Position numbers and translations under genes: made by a program. DNA of 64,000 bases from Patescibacteria group bacterium (lineage in GTDB: Bacteria; Patescibacteriota; Minisyncoccia; Portnoybacterales; GWB1-42-6), in assembly GCA_022709865.1 (NCBI GenBank), contig JAKLIA010000001.1, positions 210,740-274,739 on the forward strand, given 5' to 3'. Under the pieces are notes generated by a model that was not told where the DNA came from, searched no databases, and saw only the letters and a list, made by a program, of their open reading frames with translations. Position 1 is the first letter of the stretch, and every line of letters starts with the position of its first letter. Positions 1 to 9,677 of the stretch are shown in pieces.

Positions 1-570
1 TCTTGTTTTACCCGGGTTGACCATATTAACGAAGAACTATTGCGGCTGATGAAAAAATCCGGGTGCCATTTGATCCTTTTTGGCGTGGAGTCGGCTGATG
101 AGCAAATATTAAAAAATATAAATAAGCGTATATCGCTGGACCAGGTTGTGGCAGCGGTAAAAATTGCCAGAAAAATAGGCATAGAGACTCGGGCATCTTT
201 TATGATAGGAAATCAAGGAGAGACAGAAGCTACGATCAAAAAAACCATTGATTTTGCCATTAAGCTTGATCCGGATGAAGTGCAATTTAATATTGCTACG
301 GCATATCCTGGCACAGAACTTTTTAATTGGGCTAAAGAGAAGGGTTATATAAAAAGTTTTAATTGGGATGATTATAGCATGTCTAATGTTGTTTTAGAGC
401 TGCCGGGCTTGAGCCAAGAGAGGTTGCGGTATTATTATGAAATAGCGCATCGCCGCTTTTATTTTCGGCCAAAAATCATTTTGCGCCGGCTGCTGCACAT
501 TAGAAGCTGGGCGCAATTAGTACAGGAAATAAAAGGGGGATTGGCGTTGCTAGGCTTTATTTTTAAATAA
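1..570 (+). CDS. Radical SAM domain protein, C-terminal part (5' end lies outside the window)
   Basis: The ORF is open to position 1 in frame 1. The C-terminal radical-SAM core/TIM-barrel region (GVESADEQIL...GNQGET...) has the same architecture as the C-terminal halves of the B12-binding radical SAM ORFs at 23607 and 40772, but is clearly not a recent copy of them. Confidence 0.55.
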   Translation, partial: SCFTRVDHINEELLRLMKKSGCHLILFGVESADEQILKNINKRISLDQVVAAVKIARKIGIETRASFMIGNQGETEATIKKTIDFAIKLDPDEVQFNIATAYPGTELFNWAKEKGYIKSFNWDDYSMSNVVLELPGLSQERLRYYYEIAHRRFYFRPKIILRRLLHIRSWAQLVQEIKGGLALLGFIFK

Positions 571-586
571 AAATTAAATTGAATAT

Positions 587-1348
587 ATGGAAGCAAAAAA
601 TCCGAATAAAAAAGTCATAGCAGTTTTACCGGCTTATAATGCTGCTAAAACCGTAGAAAAAACCGTTAACGATATTTCTCGAGAATGGGTGGATGAAATT
701 ATTTTGGTTGACGATGCTAGTCGCGATAATACAGTTGAAATAGCCAAAAAACTCGGATTAAAAACTTTTGTGCATCCTAAAAACCGGGGCTATGGCGGCA
801 ACCAAAAAACTTGCTATAAAGAAGCTTTGGCGGCCGGAGCGGATATCGCGGTTATGGTGCATCCGGACCATCAGTACGATCCTAAACTTGTGCCTGAGCT
901 TTTAAAGCCAATATTGGCGGGGGAAGCGGATGCGGTTTTTGGCTCACGGATGATGTTTCCTAAAAATGCTTTGGCTGGCGGAATGCCTTATTGGAAGTTT
1001 TTAGCTAATATATTTTTGACTTTTATTGAAAATCTTTTTTTAGGTCTGAGCTTGACCGAATACCATTCTGGTTTTCGGGCTTACGGCCGGCAGGTTTTAG
1101 AGGCGGTGCCGCTGGAAAAAAACTCCGATGATTTTGTTTTTGATACCGAAATTATTGCGCAAATAAAAGTGGCCGGGCTTAAGATCAAAGAGGTGCCGAT
1201 CGCCACACGTTATTTTTCCGAGGCTTCGCAGATCGGCCTGTTAAAAAGCATTAAATATGGCTTATCGGTTTTAAGCGTGATGAAAAAATATATTTTTTTC
1301 AGGCTAGGAATAAAAAAATACGAACAGTTTAAGATCAACCAAAATTAA
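587..1348 (+). CDS. Family 2 glycosyltransferase, Dpm1/GtrB-like polyprenyl-phosphate sugar synthase type
   Basis: N-terminal GT-A fold with VLPAYNAAKTVEKTV...VDDASRDNT and the D-x-D region, about 250 aa, typical of dolichyl/undecaprenyl-phosphate hexosyltransferases. Confidence 0.8.
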   Translation: MEAKNPNKKVIAVLPAYNAAKTVEKTVNDISREWVDEIILVDDASRDNTVEIAKKLGLKTFVHPKNRGYGGNQKTCYKEALAAGADIAVMVHPDHQYDPKLVPELLKPILAGEADAVFGSRMMFPKNALAGGMPYWKFLANIFLTFIENLFLGLSLTEYHSGFRAYGRQVLEAVPLEKNSDDFVFDTEIIAQIKVAGLKIKEVPIATRYFSEASQIGLLKSIKYGLSVLSVMKKYIFFRLGIKKYEQFKINQN

Positions 1349-1355
1349 TTTAGGC

Positions 1356-2441
1356 ATGATAAAAGATTTTTTTATAAAAAACAAAGAATTAGCCTTGATT
1401 TTTTCTTTGGCGATTTTAGGCTTAGTGGTTTCTTATTTTTATATTGGCTATGACCATAGATTAGAAAAAGATGCGATCACTTATTTTGAGGCAGTAAAGT
1501 TTTTGCAGGGGCAGGCGCTTGATGGGCCGGTGCCGATGAATAGGGTCTTGACCACGTCATTATTTTTGGGCTTAGCCACTTTTTTTAATTTTTTTCTTAA
1601 AGATTTTAGCTTAAGCGTGTCCGCCCTAAATATTATTTTTTACCTTCTTTTTATCGGTGTCTTTTATCTTTTAGCAAAAGAGATATACCAAAAAAGTAGG
1701 GTGGCCTTTTGGGGCTCTTTATTGGTTGTGTCTAATTATTATTTAATAGACCCGGGCAACGCCCACTTAGCGGATATGGGCGGCTGGTTTTTTCTATTTC
1801 TAGCCACATATTTTGCGGTTAAATATACCAATGCGGCCGATAGGAGGTTCTATTATTTAGCTATTTTGGCATCGGCAATAGGCGTTTTATACAAGGAATA
1901 CGGAGGCTTGGGCTTAGTTAACCTATTCTTGCTTCTATTAGTTTCAAATTTTTCCAATAAGCAGAAAATAAAAGACATTATTTTAGCTGGCTGTTTATTT
2001 TTGGTTCCGTTTTTGTCTTACCATGTTTTTGTTTATTTTAAATACCACTATTCTTATTTTGATTGGTATTTAGCGGTCAAATCAGTCTCTTTTGAGGCTG
2101 GGCGGCAATCCCGAGGGATAATTATAATTGCTAAGATATTGGGCTGGGTTTTTTCTCTTGGTTGGCTGGCTTGGCTGTTGGGAATCAAGGAAGAAATAAA
2201 AGCGCAAGATAAAGGCCGCTGGAAGATTCTAATCGCTATTTTGCCTACTTCTTTGTTCTTTATTATTTGGCCGGAGGTGGCTCAGCGCTTGGCATTTATC
2301 TTAGTGCCGTGGCTGGCTTTGGTCGCTGGTTTTGGGCTGTCCCGGATAAAGCCATATTGGGCTGGAGTTTTTGTTGCGGCTTATGTTTTATTTAATTACA
2401 ATATAAGGTCTTTAATAGATATAATTAATTTGCCTTTCTAG
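1356..2441 (+). CDS. Polytopic membrane protein, possible GT-C-fold glycosyltransferase
   Basis: At least 9 predicted transmembrane helices and no soluble domain. It sits between a Dpm1-like GT2 and an ArnT/PMT-like gene. Confidence 0.35.
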   Translation: MIKDFFIKNKELALIFSLAILGLVVSYFYIGYDHRLEKDAITYFEAVKFLQGQALDGPVPMNRVLTTSLFLGLATFFNFFLKDFSLSVSALNIIFYLLFIGVFYLLAKEIYQKSRVAFWGSLLVVSNYYLIDPGNAHLADMGGWFFLFLATYFAVKYTNAADRRFYYLAILASAIGVLYKEYGGLGLVNLFLLLLVSNFSNKQKIKDIILAGCLFLVPFLSYHVFVYFKYHYSYFDWYLAVKSVSFEAGRQSRGIIIIAKILGWVFSLGWLAWLLGIKEEIKAQDKGRWKILIAILPTSLFFIIWPEVAQRLAFILVPWLALVAGFGLSRIKPYWAGVFVAAYVLFNYNIRSLIDIINLPF

Positions 2442-2443
2442 CC

Positions 2444-3796
2444 ATGGATATTTTAAAAAAAACCAAAGATTGTTTTTTAAGCCATAAGGTTTTAATTATA
2501 ATCTTATTGTTGTCTTTTTTGGCTAGCCTGGCTTATTCTTTCTATTTTAAAATTGTGCCGGCGGTTGATGCCCGGGCCTACGATAATATTGCCCAGAATA
2601 TTGCCAGTGGCAATGGCTACCGGGAATATTTAGCAGGGGATTTGGCAAGTGATTATGCTATTGCCCGGGTGGGACCGCTTTATGAATACTTTTTAGCCGG
2701 GATCTATAAAGTTTTTGGCCATAGCTACAGCGTAGTTTGGCTTTTCCAAGCATTATTGCACGCAGCCAGCGCTTGGCTGATTTATTTGGCCGCGTTGCTG
2801 ATTTTTTCTGCCAACGATAAAAGAAAAAAAATCGCTATTGTGGCAGCAGCAATTTTTGGTTTTTATCCCGATCTAATAGAAATATCGGCGATGCTAATGA
2901 CCGAAACTCTCTATTTGTTCTTTGTCTGTTTAATGGTCTATTTTTTCTTTTTGTTTTTTTTAAAAGGCGGTTATCGGCTAGTTGCATTATTGGGGCTGTT
3001 CTCTGGGTTGGCTGTTCTAGCCCGGCCGCCGGTGCTTTTTTTAGTGCCGGTGATATTATTTTATTTTTGGCAGAAAAGAAATTGGCGCCAAGCATTGCTA
3101 TTTCTGGCCATTTTAATTTTAGTTTTTGTGCCCTGGACCGCCAGAAACTATCAGGTGTATGGGGAAATAATGCCATTTGGCTCAGCTGGGAACTTTAATT
3201 TTTGGATAGGCAATTACCATGGCGGGAACGGGGAGCAGGAGCCGACGATCGAGCAACAACAGTTCTTGCAAACCCATAAAGCGGTGGAAATAAACTCGGA
3301 ATCAATGAAGCATTTTAAAGAGTTCTTGTTTGCTTATCCGGCGGAGTTTTTAAAATTAACAGCGCTGCGCGTCAATAAATACTTCAGCATTATTCGCCCT
3401 ATGGGTTTTTGGTTCTATCAGGCTGGAATCGGGCAGATGATATTTGTTTTCTGTTCAGCTATTGCTTCGGTTTTTTTATTAGTTTTTGGGTTAGCTGGGG
3501 CAATAAAAGCTTGGTCAGCAAAAGAGAAAAAACTTAATTATTTGCTGGCTTTTTTAGCCTTTACTCCCTTAATAATTTTTGCTACAGTGGTGGAGACGCG
3601 ATACAGGTTTCAGATATATCCTTTATTGACAATTTGTGCTAGTTATTTTGCTATTGAGGCGTTAAATGTGCAGGGATGGCGGAGGCAAAAATTATTTATA
3701 GCCTCAGCCATAATTATTTTTTTTAATGGGTTTATAGATATGCTTTTGAGTTGGGAAAAGATAAAAGATAGATTTGGGTCATTTTTTAATTTTTAA
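2444..3796 (+). CDS. GT-C-fold membrane glycosyltransferase (ArnT/PMT-like, GT39/GT83 family)
   Basis: 450 aa with multiple transmembrane helices. The first loop region (VDARAYDNIAQN...GNGYRE) and the ARPPVLFLVPV motif resemble ArnT/PMT_2 proteins. Confidence 0.6.
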   Translation: MDILKKTKDCFLSHKVLIIILLLSFLASLAYSFYFKIVPAVDARAYDNIAQNIASGNGYREYLAGDLASDYAIARVGPLYEYFLAGIYKVFGHSYSVVWLFQALLHAASAWLIYLAALLIFSANDKRKKIAIVAAAIFGFYPDLIEISAMLMTETLYLFFVCLMVYFFFLFFLKGGYRLVALLGLFSGLAVLARPPVLFLVPVILFYFWQKRNWRQALLFLAILILVFVPWTARNYQVYGEIMPFGSAGNFNFWIGNYHGGNGEQEPTIEQQQFLQTHKAVEINSESMKHFKEFLFAYPAEFLKLTALRVNKYFSIIRPMGFWFYQAGIGQMIFVFCSAIASVFLLVFGLAGAIKAWSAKEKKLNYLLAFLAFTPLIIFATVVETRYRFQIYPLLTICASYFAIEALNVQGWRRQKLFIASAIIIFFNGFIDMLLSWEKIKDRFGSFFNF

Positions 3797-3829
3797 GCCG
3801 CAAAGATCCGATTTAAACAAAAATAAAAT

Positions 3830-4822
3830 ATGAAAAAAGCGTTAATTACCGGCATCACCGGTCAAGACGGTTCTTATTTGGCGGAACTTTTATTAAAAAA
3901 AGGCTATATTGTGCATGGAGTTGTTAGGCGTTCGTCTAGCTTTAATCGGTCTAGAATAGAACATCTTTATGGGAGCCCAGATAAAGATCCTGCTGGTTTG
4001 GGAACTGCCGGTAATTTTCATTTGCATTATGGTGATATGACAGACTTTATTTCCCTGACAAATATTTTGTCTAAAGTAATGCCGGATGAAGTTTATAATT
4101 TAGCAGCGCAATCACATGTCCAAATATCTTTTGAGACTCCGCTTTACACAACTAGCGCAACCGGCGTTGGGGTTCTTAATTTGCTGGAAGCGATCAGGGT
4201 CCTGGGCTTGAAGTGCAAAGTTTATCAAGCTTCAACTTCAGAGCTTTTTTCTGGGGAAGAGGGCGAGGCGCCGCAAAACGAAAAGACACCATTTAAACCT
4301 AAAAGCCCCTATGGTGTTGCTAAATTGTATGGTTTTGAGATGGCCAGAATTTATCGCGAATCATATGGCATGTTTATTGCCAATGGCATTCTTTTTAATC
4401 ACGAATCTCCCAGGCGCGGAGAAAACTTTGTAACCAGAAAAATTACCAAAGGTATCGCCGCAATTTTAAAGGGAGAGAAGGATTCGATCTATTTGGGTAA
4501 TTTGAATGCTTCTCGGGATTGGGGCTATGCTCCCGAATATATGGAGGCAGCTTGGCGGATGCTGCAGCAAAAGAAGCCGGATGATTTTGTTGTTGCCACC
4601 GGCGAAACGCATACTGTTAAGGAGTTCGCTCAAAAAGCTTGCCAGCTGGCAGGGCTGGATTTTAAAAAAGTTATCAAGACCAATAAGGCTTATTTAAGGC
4701 CGAACGAAGTGAATTATTTATGCGGCGATGCTTCCAAGGCTAAAAAAGTTTTAGGTTGGTCGCCAAAAGTTAGGTTCAATGAATTGGTAAAAATAATGGT
4801 AGATTATGACACAAAAAAATAA
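3830..4822 (+). CDS. gmd: GDP-mannose 4,6-dehydratase
   Basis: MKKALITGITGQDGSYLAELLLKKGY...FHLHYGDMTD...YNLAAQSHV...ILFNHESPRRGENFVTRKIT is near-diagnostic for Gmd. Confidence 0.9.
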   Translation: MKKALITGITGQDGSYLAELLLKKGYIVHGVVRRSSSFNRSRIEHLYGSPDKDPAGLGTAGNFHLHYGDMTDFISLTNILSKVMPDEVYNLAAQSHVQISFETPLYTTSATGVGVLNLLEAIRVLGLKCKVYQASTSELFSGEEGEAPQNEKTPFKPKSPYGVAKLYGFEMARIYRESYGMFIANGILFNHESPRRGENFVTRKITKGIAAILKGEKDSIYLGNLNASRDWGYAPEYMEAAWRMLQQKKPDDFVVATGETHTVKEFAQKACQLAGLDFKKVIKTNKAYLRPNEVNYLCGDASKAKKVLGWSPKVRFNELVKIMVDYDTKK

Positions 4823-5915
4823 TCAAAAATATATTCGGGTTTGTGAGCCGTATATAACCCAAAAAGAAATAGATGCTGTTTCTCGGGCCATTAAAGAAGG
4901 CAATATTTCCAGCACCGCTAAATATGTTGGGCTTTTTGAAAAGGCTTTTGCCAAAAAGTTTGGCGTTAAATATGCTGTGGCAGTTAATTCGGGCGGATCG
5001 GCTTTATTTTTGGCCTTATGGGCCTTAGGCATCAAAAAAGGAGATGAAATAATCGTGCCAACTTTTACTATGGTGGCTACGGCTAATGCGGTTGTCCAAT
5101 GCGGCGCCAAGCCCGTGTTTGTGGACTGTGAAGAAAATGGCAATATAGATGTTAAAAAAATAGAAGAAAAAATTACCAAAAAAACTAAAGCAATAATTCC
5201 GGTGCATATTTATGGCCACCCTTGCGATATGGACGAAATTATGGCAATCGCTAAAAAACATAAATTGTTTGTTATTGAAGATACGGCTGAGGCCCATGGG
5301 GCTTTGTATAAAAATAAATTAGCCGGAACTTTTGGCGATATGGGCTGTTTTAGTTTTTATGCAAATAAAGTGATGACTACAGGTGAGGGTGGAATGATAA
5401 TTACCAATAACGCAGCTTTATATAAAAAATTAATTAAATTAAAGGCTTATTATTTTCATGACAAGCGCCATTTTTGGCACGAGCAGCAAGCTTGGAACTT
5501 AAGAATGAGCGCTTTGGAAGCATCTTTGGGTTTGGCGCAGCTGGAGCGCTTAAACGAGTTAGTCTCTTTGAGGCGAGAAAATGCCCGGTACTATACTGAT
5601 AAACTGCAAGGCCTGAAAGATTATTTAGTTTTTCCTTCAGAAAAGAAGGGGGCAAAATCGGTCTTTTGGATGTATGGATTGGTGCTTAAAAAGGGCAATC
5701 GAGACAAATTAATGAAGTTTTTGGAAAAAAATGGCGTGGAAACGAGAACCTATTTTTTCCCGATGAATTGGCAGCCTATTTATAAAGAAACAGAACCGTA
5801 TCCGGTAGCTGATCGGTTAGGCAGAAATGGATTATATTTGCCTTCTTCTTCTCATTTAACAAAAGCGGAAAAAGATAGAATAATCGGTCTTGTAAAAAAA
5901 TTCTTTAAAGCTTAA
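4806..5915 (+). CDS. DegT/DnrJ/EryC1/StrS-family PLP aminotransferase, probably GDP-perosamine synthase
   Basis: Fold-type I sugar aminotransferase. A Lys in the NK..TTGEGG region fits the PLP site. It overlaps the gmd stop by 17 nt, which favours a GDP-4-keto-6-deoxymannose substrate. Confidence 0.75.
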   Translation: MTQKNNQKYIRVCEPYITQKEIDAVSRAIKEGNISSTAKYVGLFEKAFAKKFGVKYAVAVNSGGSALFLALWALGIKKGDEIIVPTFTMVATANAVVQCGAKPVFVDCEENGNIDVKKIEEKITKKTKAIIPVHIYGHPCDMDEIMAIAKKHKLFVIEDTAEAHGALYKNKLAGTFGDMGCFSFYANKVMTTGEGGMIITNNAALYKKLIKLKAYYFHDKRHFWHEQQAWNLRMSALEASLGLAQLERLNELVSLRRENARYYTDKLQGLKDYLVFPSEKKGAKSVFWMYGLVLKKGNRDKLMKFLEKNGVETRTYFFPMNWQPIYKETEPYPVADRLGRNGLYLPSSSHLTKAEKDRIIGLVKKFFKA

Positions 5916-5917
5916 AA

Positions 5918-7006
5918 ATGGATAATTCGGTTTTTGTCATTCCCACTTATAATGAAAGGGAAAATATCGGCAGGCTTATTGAGAAAATATTTGAACTTTC
6001 GCCTGAGGCGAAAGTTTTGATCGTGGATGACAGTTCTCCTGATGGAACCGCTCAAACAGTAAAAGAGCTTCAGGGAAAATATCCGGGATTATTTTTATTT
6101 GTTCGTCCGGTAAAAGAGGGCTTAGGCAAGGCGTATGTGGCGGGATTCCAGAAAGTTTTTAACGATTTCCCGGAAGCGAAGACGATTTTTATGATGGACG
6201 CTGATTTTAGCCATGACCCCAATGATTTGCCGGCCATAATTGAAAATTCAAAAAAATATGATGTGGTTATCGGTTCTTGCCATATAAATCCCAAAGAGGG
6301 AATGAGCGAGTACCCTTTCAAGCGCGCGCTTTTGAGCCGTTGGGCTAATTTTTATTGCCGTTGTATTCTAGGCAGAAAATTACGGGATTGGACGAATGCT
6401 TACATGGCAATTTCTGTGCCGGTTCTTAAAAAGATAAGCTTTGATAAATTACAGGCCAAAGAGTTTGCTTTTCTTTTTGGTTTAAGATACCTGCTTTTAA
6501 AAAACAAGGCGACTTTTAAAGAGATTCCGACGATTATTCGATTAAGGAATGCCGGAGAGTCAAAAATGGCTCTCTCAACCATTATGGAAGCGGTAATTAT
6601 GCCTTGGGAAATAAGGTTTGGCCTTCCGGCTCAAGTAGTTAAGTTTTTGATCTCTGGCGGAACGGCTACCTTGGTCGGTTTTATCGCGCTCTACGCCTTT
6701 ACCGAGTTTGCGGGCATTTGGTACCTATTTTCAGTCGTTCTGGCTTTCATTTTTTCTTTTATCGTTAGCTTTACTTTGCAGAAGTTTTGGACTTTTGATG
6801 ACCGGCGAACGGAAAAAATGCACCACCAAGCCTTTTTTTATTTGTTGACCACTTTAACTAATTTGCTCTTAAACCTTTTGATAGTTTTTTTGCTGGTGGA
6901 AAAAGCCGGCCTTTGGTATATGCTAGCGCAATTTATAGCCGAGGCGGTGATAGCTGTGGAAAGCTTTTTGGTCTATAAGTTTGCTATTTTTAAGGTTAAA
7001 AAATAA
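5918..7006 (+). CDS. GT2 polyprenyl-phosphate sugar synthase fused to a C-terminal GtrA-like membrane domain
   Basis: N-terminal Dpm1-like GT-A domain (VIPTYNERENI...VDDSSPDGT...MDADFSHDP) followed by four transmembrane helices with GtrA-like features (LISGGTATLVGF...QKFWTF). Confidence 0.75.
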   Translation: MDNSVFVIPTYNERENIGRLIEKIFELSPEAKVLIVDDSSPDGTAQTVKELQGKYPGLFLFVRPVKEGLGKAYVAGFQKVFNDFPEAKTIFMMDADFSHDPNDLPAIIENSKKYDVVIGSCHINPKEGMSEYPFKRALLSRWANFYCRCILGRKLRDWTNAYMAISVPVLKKISFDKLQAKEFAFLFGLRYLLLKNKATFKEIPTIIRLRNAGESKMALSTIMEAVIMPWEIRFGLPAQVVKFLISGGTATLVGFIALYAFTEFAGIWYLFSVVLAFIFSFIVSFTLQKFWTFDDRRTEKMHHQAFFYLLTTLTNLLLNLLIVFLLVEKAGLWYMLAQFIAEAVIAVESFLVYKFAIFKVKK

Positions 7007-7027
7007 TACATAGCATTTTTATTTAGC

Positions 7028-8476
7028 GTGAAAAATATTTACGAAAAAGTTTTTATTGTTTTTTTAGTGGCCATTACTCTTTTTTTTGCGGCCTATAAAC
7101 TGACCGAAAGCCCGCCGACTTGGTTTGATGAGGGTTTTGTTATCCAGTCGGCTGAAAATTTGGTAAACGATGGAATTATGGGTATAAAGATAGAACCGGA
7201 TCTAATTGTCCATAATGCCACGTTTTTTTCAACCGGTTTTCCGCTGGCCTATCCCGTAGGCTGGGCGATGGAGCTTTTTGGCCGGGGGCTTTTGCCGGCA
7301 AGGTCGGTAATGGTTCTCTTCACTATTTTGTTGGTTTTGCTGTGCTATTTTTTGGCTAAAAAAATATGGGGGTTCAAAATAGCGGCTTTTTCTTCTCTTT
7401 TGCTTGTCGGTTTTGCTCCGTTATACGGTAACGGCCGGAACGTTTTGGGCGAAGTTCCCGGCGTTTTTTTTCTGGTTCTTTTTTTATATTATCTTTATAA
7501 GATCGAGAAAAAAAAGTTTGTTGGCAGCTATTCAGACTATATAATGGCTGGTTTATCTGTAGCGCTTTGTTTATCAACTAAGTCTATTTTTTTAGTTCTG
7601 CCTTTAGCTGTTATTTTGGCTTTAATTATTTTTTATAAAAACATAGCCTGGGATTGGCGGCGGATTTTGGCTGGCTTGGCGGCCGGAAGTGTAGTAATAG
7701 CAGTTTTATTAAAAACTCAATTTTTAGGCGGCGGGCCGCTAGTGGATGTTTTGCGAGATTATGCTAATCCTTATGCCGTAGGGGATATGTCAGTTCTTGT
7801 TTGGCAAAATATAAAAAGATTTTTTACGGAAGGCACGCCGATCTATTTGCTGGGAACAATGCTTATTTGGCTTCTGTCCTTGGCGATAAGAAAAATTAGA
7901 TCGGAAACAACTTCTTTAACAGAAATAGTTTCTTTCTTTTTTTCCTTGTTCATTTGCTTATCTTATTTGCGGATGGTCGGGTGGTATAGATATCTTTTTG
8001 CCGCCCAAATATTATCTTTACTTTTTTTGCCGGCTTCCTCGTTAATAATGTTTGAGTGGTTGAAAAGTAAGTTTGCCTGGAGCCGGAATATTAATATAAA
8101 AATAGTATTTATTCTATTCGGGGTTTTAATTGGGGCGCAATTCCTCTATTTGCATTATTTTTCCTGGACGGCCAGCTATTATTATAGCCGGGCAACGTCA
8201 AGCCTGGAAAATTATTTTAATCGAATTGATTTTTCCGAGAAGATATTCTTGTATAATTCTCCGGAAATTGCCACTTTTTTGCCGTCAAAAAATTATTACC
8301 AATATTTAAAAATTAATGATGAACTGATCTTAGGGCAAGACCAGCTGAAACAAATAACGGTTGGTGTGCCCAATAAAGTAATAGTCAATAATAAAGAAGC
8401 GTCGGTGATGGCTGATTTTCCTTTATATCAGGAGGCAGGGGCAGTTAGCCGGTATTTGATTTTTGAGAAGAAATAA
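7028..8476 (+). CDS. GT-C-fold membrane glycosyltransferase (ArnT/PMT-like)
   Basis: 482 aa. The first periplasmic loop carries a WFDEGF acidic motif like the catalytic D-E of ArnT/PMT. It is polytopic. The start is probably GTG at 7028, since there is no in-frame ATG upstream. Confidence 0.6.
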   Translation: MKNIYEKVFIVFLVAITLFFAAYKLTESPPTWFDEGFVIQSAENLVNDGIMGIKIEPDLIVHNATFFSTGFPLAYPVGWAMELFGRGLLPARSVMVLFTILLVLLCYFLAKKIWGFKIAAFSSLLLVGFAPLYGNGRNVLGEVPGVFFLVLFLYYLYKIEKKKFVGSYSDYIMAGLSVALCLSTKSIFLVLPLAVILALIIFYKNIAWDWRRILAGLAAGSVVIAVLLKTQFLGGGPLVDVLRDYANPYAVGDMSVLVWQNIKRFFTEGTPIYLLGTMLIWLLSLAIRKIRSETTSLTEIVSFFFSLFICLSYLRMVGWYRYLFAAQILSLLFLPASSLIMFEWLKSKFAWSRNINIKIVFILFGVLIGAQFLYLHYFSWTASYYYSRATSSLENYFNRIDFSEKIFLYNSPEIATFLPSKNYYQYLKINDELILGQDQLKQITVGVPNKVIVNNKEASVMADFPLYQEAGAVSRYLIFEKK

Positions 8477-8493
8477 TTCAAGAAGAAGCTATA

Positions 8494-9669
8494 ATGAACA
8501 CTAATTTTCTGAGACGTTTTAGGGAGATTTTTATTTTGGGGGCAGTTTTTTTAACAGCCCCATTTTTTTATTTTAGATTGTATTTAAAAAAAGCCTTTTT
8601 AAAAAATAAACCTTCCAAGCGGATTTTAATTATCGATAACGCAAAAATCGGGGATTTAATATGTGCTACACCGGTTTTTCGCGCTATAAAGGAAAAATAC
8701 GCGGATTCTTATCTAGCGGTATTGGCTGTGCCTAGGGTTGAAGAGATCTTGCAGAATAACCAAAACATAAATGAACTTATCATTTTTCCTTTAAACTCGA
8801 GTTTAAGCTTCAAAAAAACCTGGGAATTATTTAAAAAAATAAAAAGCGAAGATTTTAATGTTTGTATTAATTTAGTCCCCGGCACTCTTAATTTTATCTT
8901 GCCGTTTTTGGCCGGCATTCCAATCCGCATAACTTCAGCAAATAGCGAAATGGGATTTTTCTATAAAAAATTATCTTTTTTGTCCAATCGGAAGCTGGTT
9001 TATCAAAAAAACTCTTTATCCGTTAAACATTATTTAGGTTTGTTGGAGTTTATAGGGGTAAAAAATAGCAATTTAACGAAAGAAGTTTTTACGGATGATT
9101 TATCCCAAAATAAAGTTGCCGATTTTTTAGCTCAGCAAAAAATTAAATCCTCGGATATTATAGTTGGCTTAAGCCTAAGCGCGGGCAATAAAATCAAAGA
9201 ATGGGGAGCAAATAATTTTGCAAAATTAGCCGACGAAATTATTAAAAAATATAGTTTTAAAATTGTGGCTATCGGCAGCCCGGCCGATGAGTTAGTATTA
9301 AAGGATTTTCAGCGATTAGTCAAAGAAAATGTTATAATTACTTATAAGGACTTTTCTTTGAAAGAACTGCCATCTTTGATCAAGCGTTTTAATTATTTTA
9401 TTAGCGTTGATACCGGGCCTCTTTTTATCGCTAATGCTTTGGGTGTGCCGGTAGTTGACATTGTCGGCCCATTTAACTATGTTGAACAGGCGCCGTATTA
9501 TGAAAAATGCGAGATAGTAAAGCCGGAAAATATTGATTGTTGGCCCTGTCTCCATATTTGGAGCTCGAGTGTATTGGATTGCCAATTCGGCCATTATCAA
9601 TGCTTAAAGAAGACAACGCCGGAGATGGTTTTGAGGGCGCTGGAAGCTTTAATCAGGCGTTGTCATTAA
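8494..9669 (+). CDS. Family 9 glycosyltransferase (heptosyltransferase family)
   Basis: ILIIDNAKIGDLICATPVFRAIKEKY matches the N-terminal signature of GT9 ADP-heptose transferases. The GT-B C-terminal region reads VDTGPLFIANALGVPVV. Confidence 0.6.
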   Translation: MNTNFLRRFREIFILGAVFLTAPFFYFRLYLKKAFLKNKPSKRILIIDNAKIGDLICATPVFRAIKEKYADSYLAVLAVPRVEEILQNNQNINELIIFPLNSSLSFKKTWELFKKIKSEDFNVCINLVPGTLNFILPFLAGIPIRITSANSEMGFFYKKLSFLSNRKLVYQKNSLSVKHYLGLLEFIGVKNSNLTKEVFTDDLSQNKVADFLAQQKIKSSDIIVGLSLSAGNKIKEWGANNFAKLADEIIKKYSFKIVAIGSPADELVLKDFQRLVKENVIITYKDFSLKELPSLIKRFNYFISVDTGPLFIANALGVPVVDIVGPFNYVEQAPYYEKCEIVKPENIDCWPCLHIWSSSVLDCQFGHYQCLKKTTPEMVLRALEALIRRCH

Positions 9670-9677
9670 ATAAACTT

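Noticed and set aside
2835-3176. Minus-strand ORFs lying entirely inside confident plus-strand genes. Examples: 2835-3176, 32386-32955 (189 aa), 38014-38616 (200 aa), 57148-57543 (131 aa), 60291-60818 (175 aa), and about 60 others.
   Set aside because: They are antisense shadow ORFs inside genes that carry strong family signatures. Several (38014-38616) arise from low-complexity Ser/Thr/Pro-coding DNA. None has an RBS or any domain signal. The only minus-strand gene I accept is 45498-46817.
4506-4697. A 63-aa plus-strand ORF inside gmd in another frame.
   Set aside because: It is embedded in a highly conserved gene and has no independent signal.
9537-9677. The N-terminal 47 aa of the track ORF 9537-10583, overlapping the GT9 gene.
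   Set aside because: The FkbM domain begins well downstream. The ATG at 9678 lies just after the upstream stop, so the long overlap is an ORF-caller artefact.
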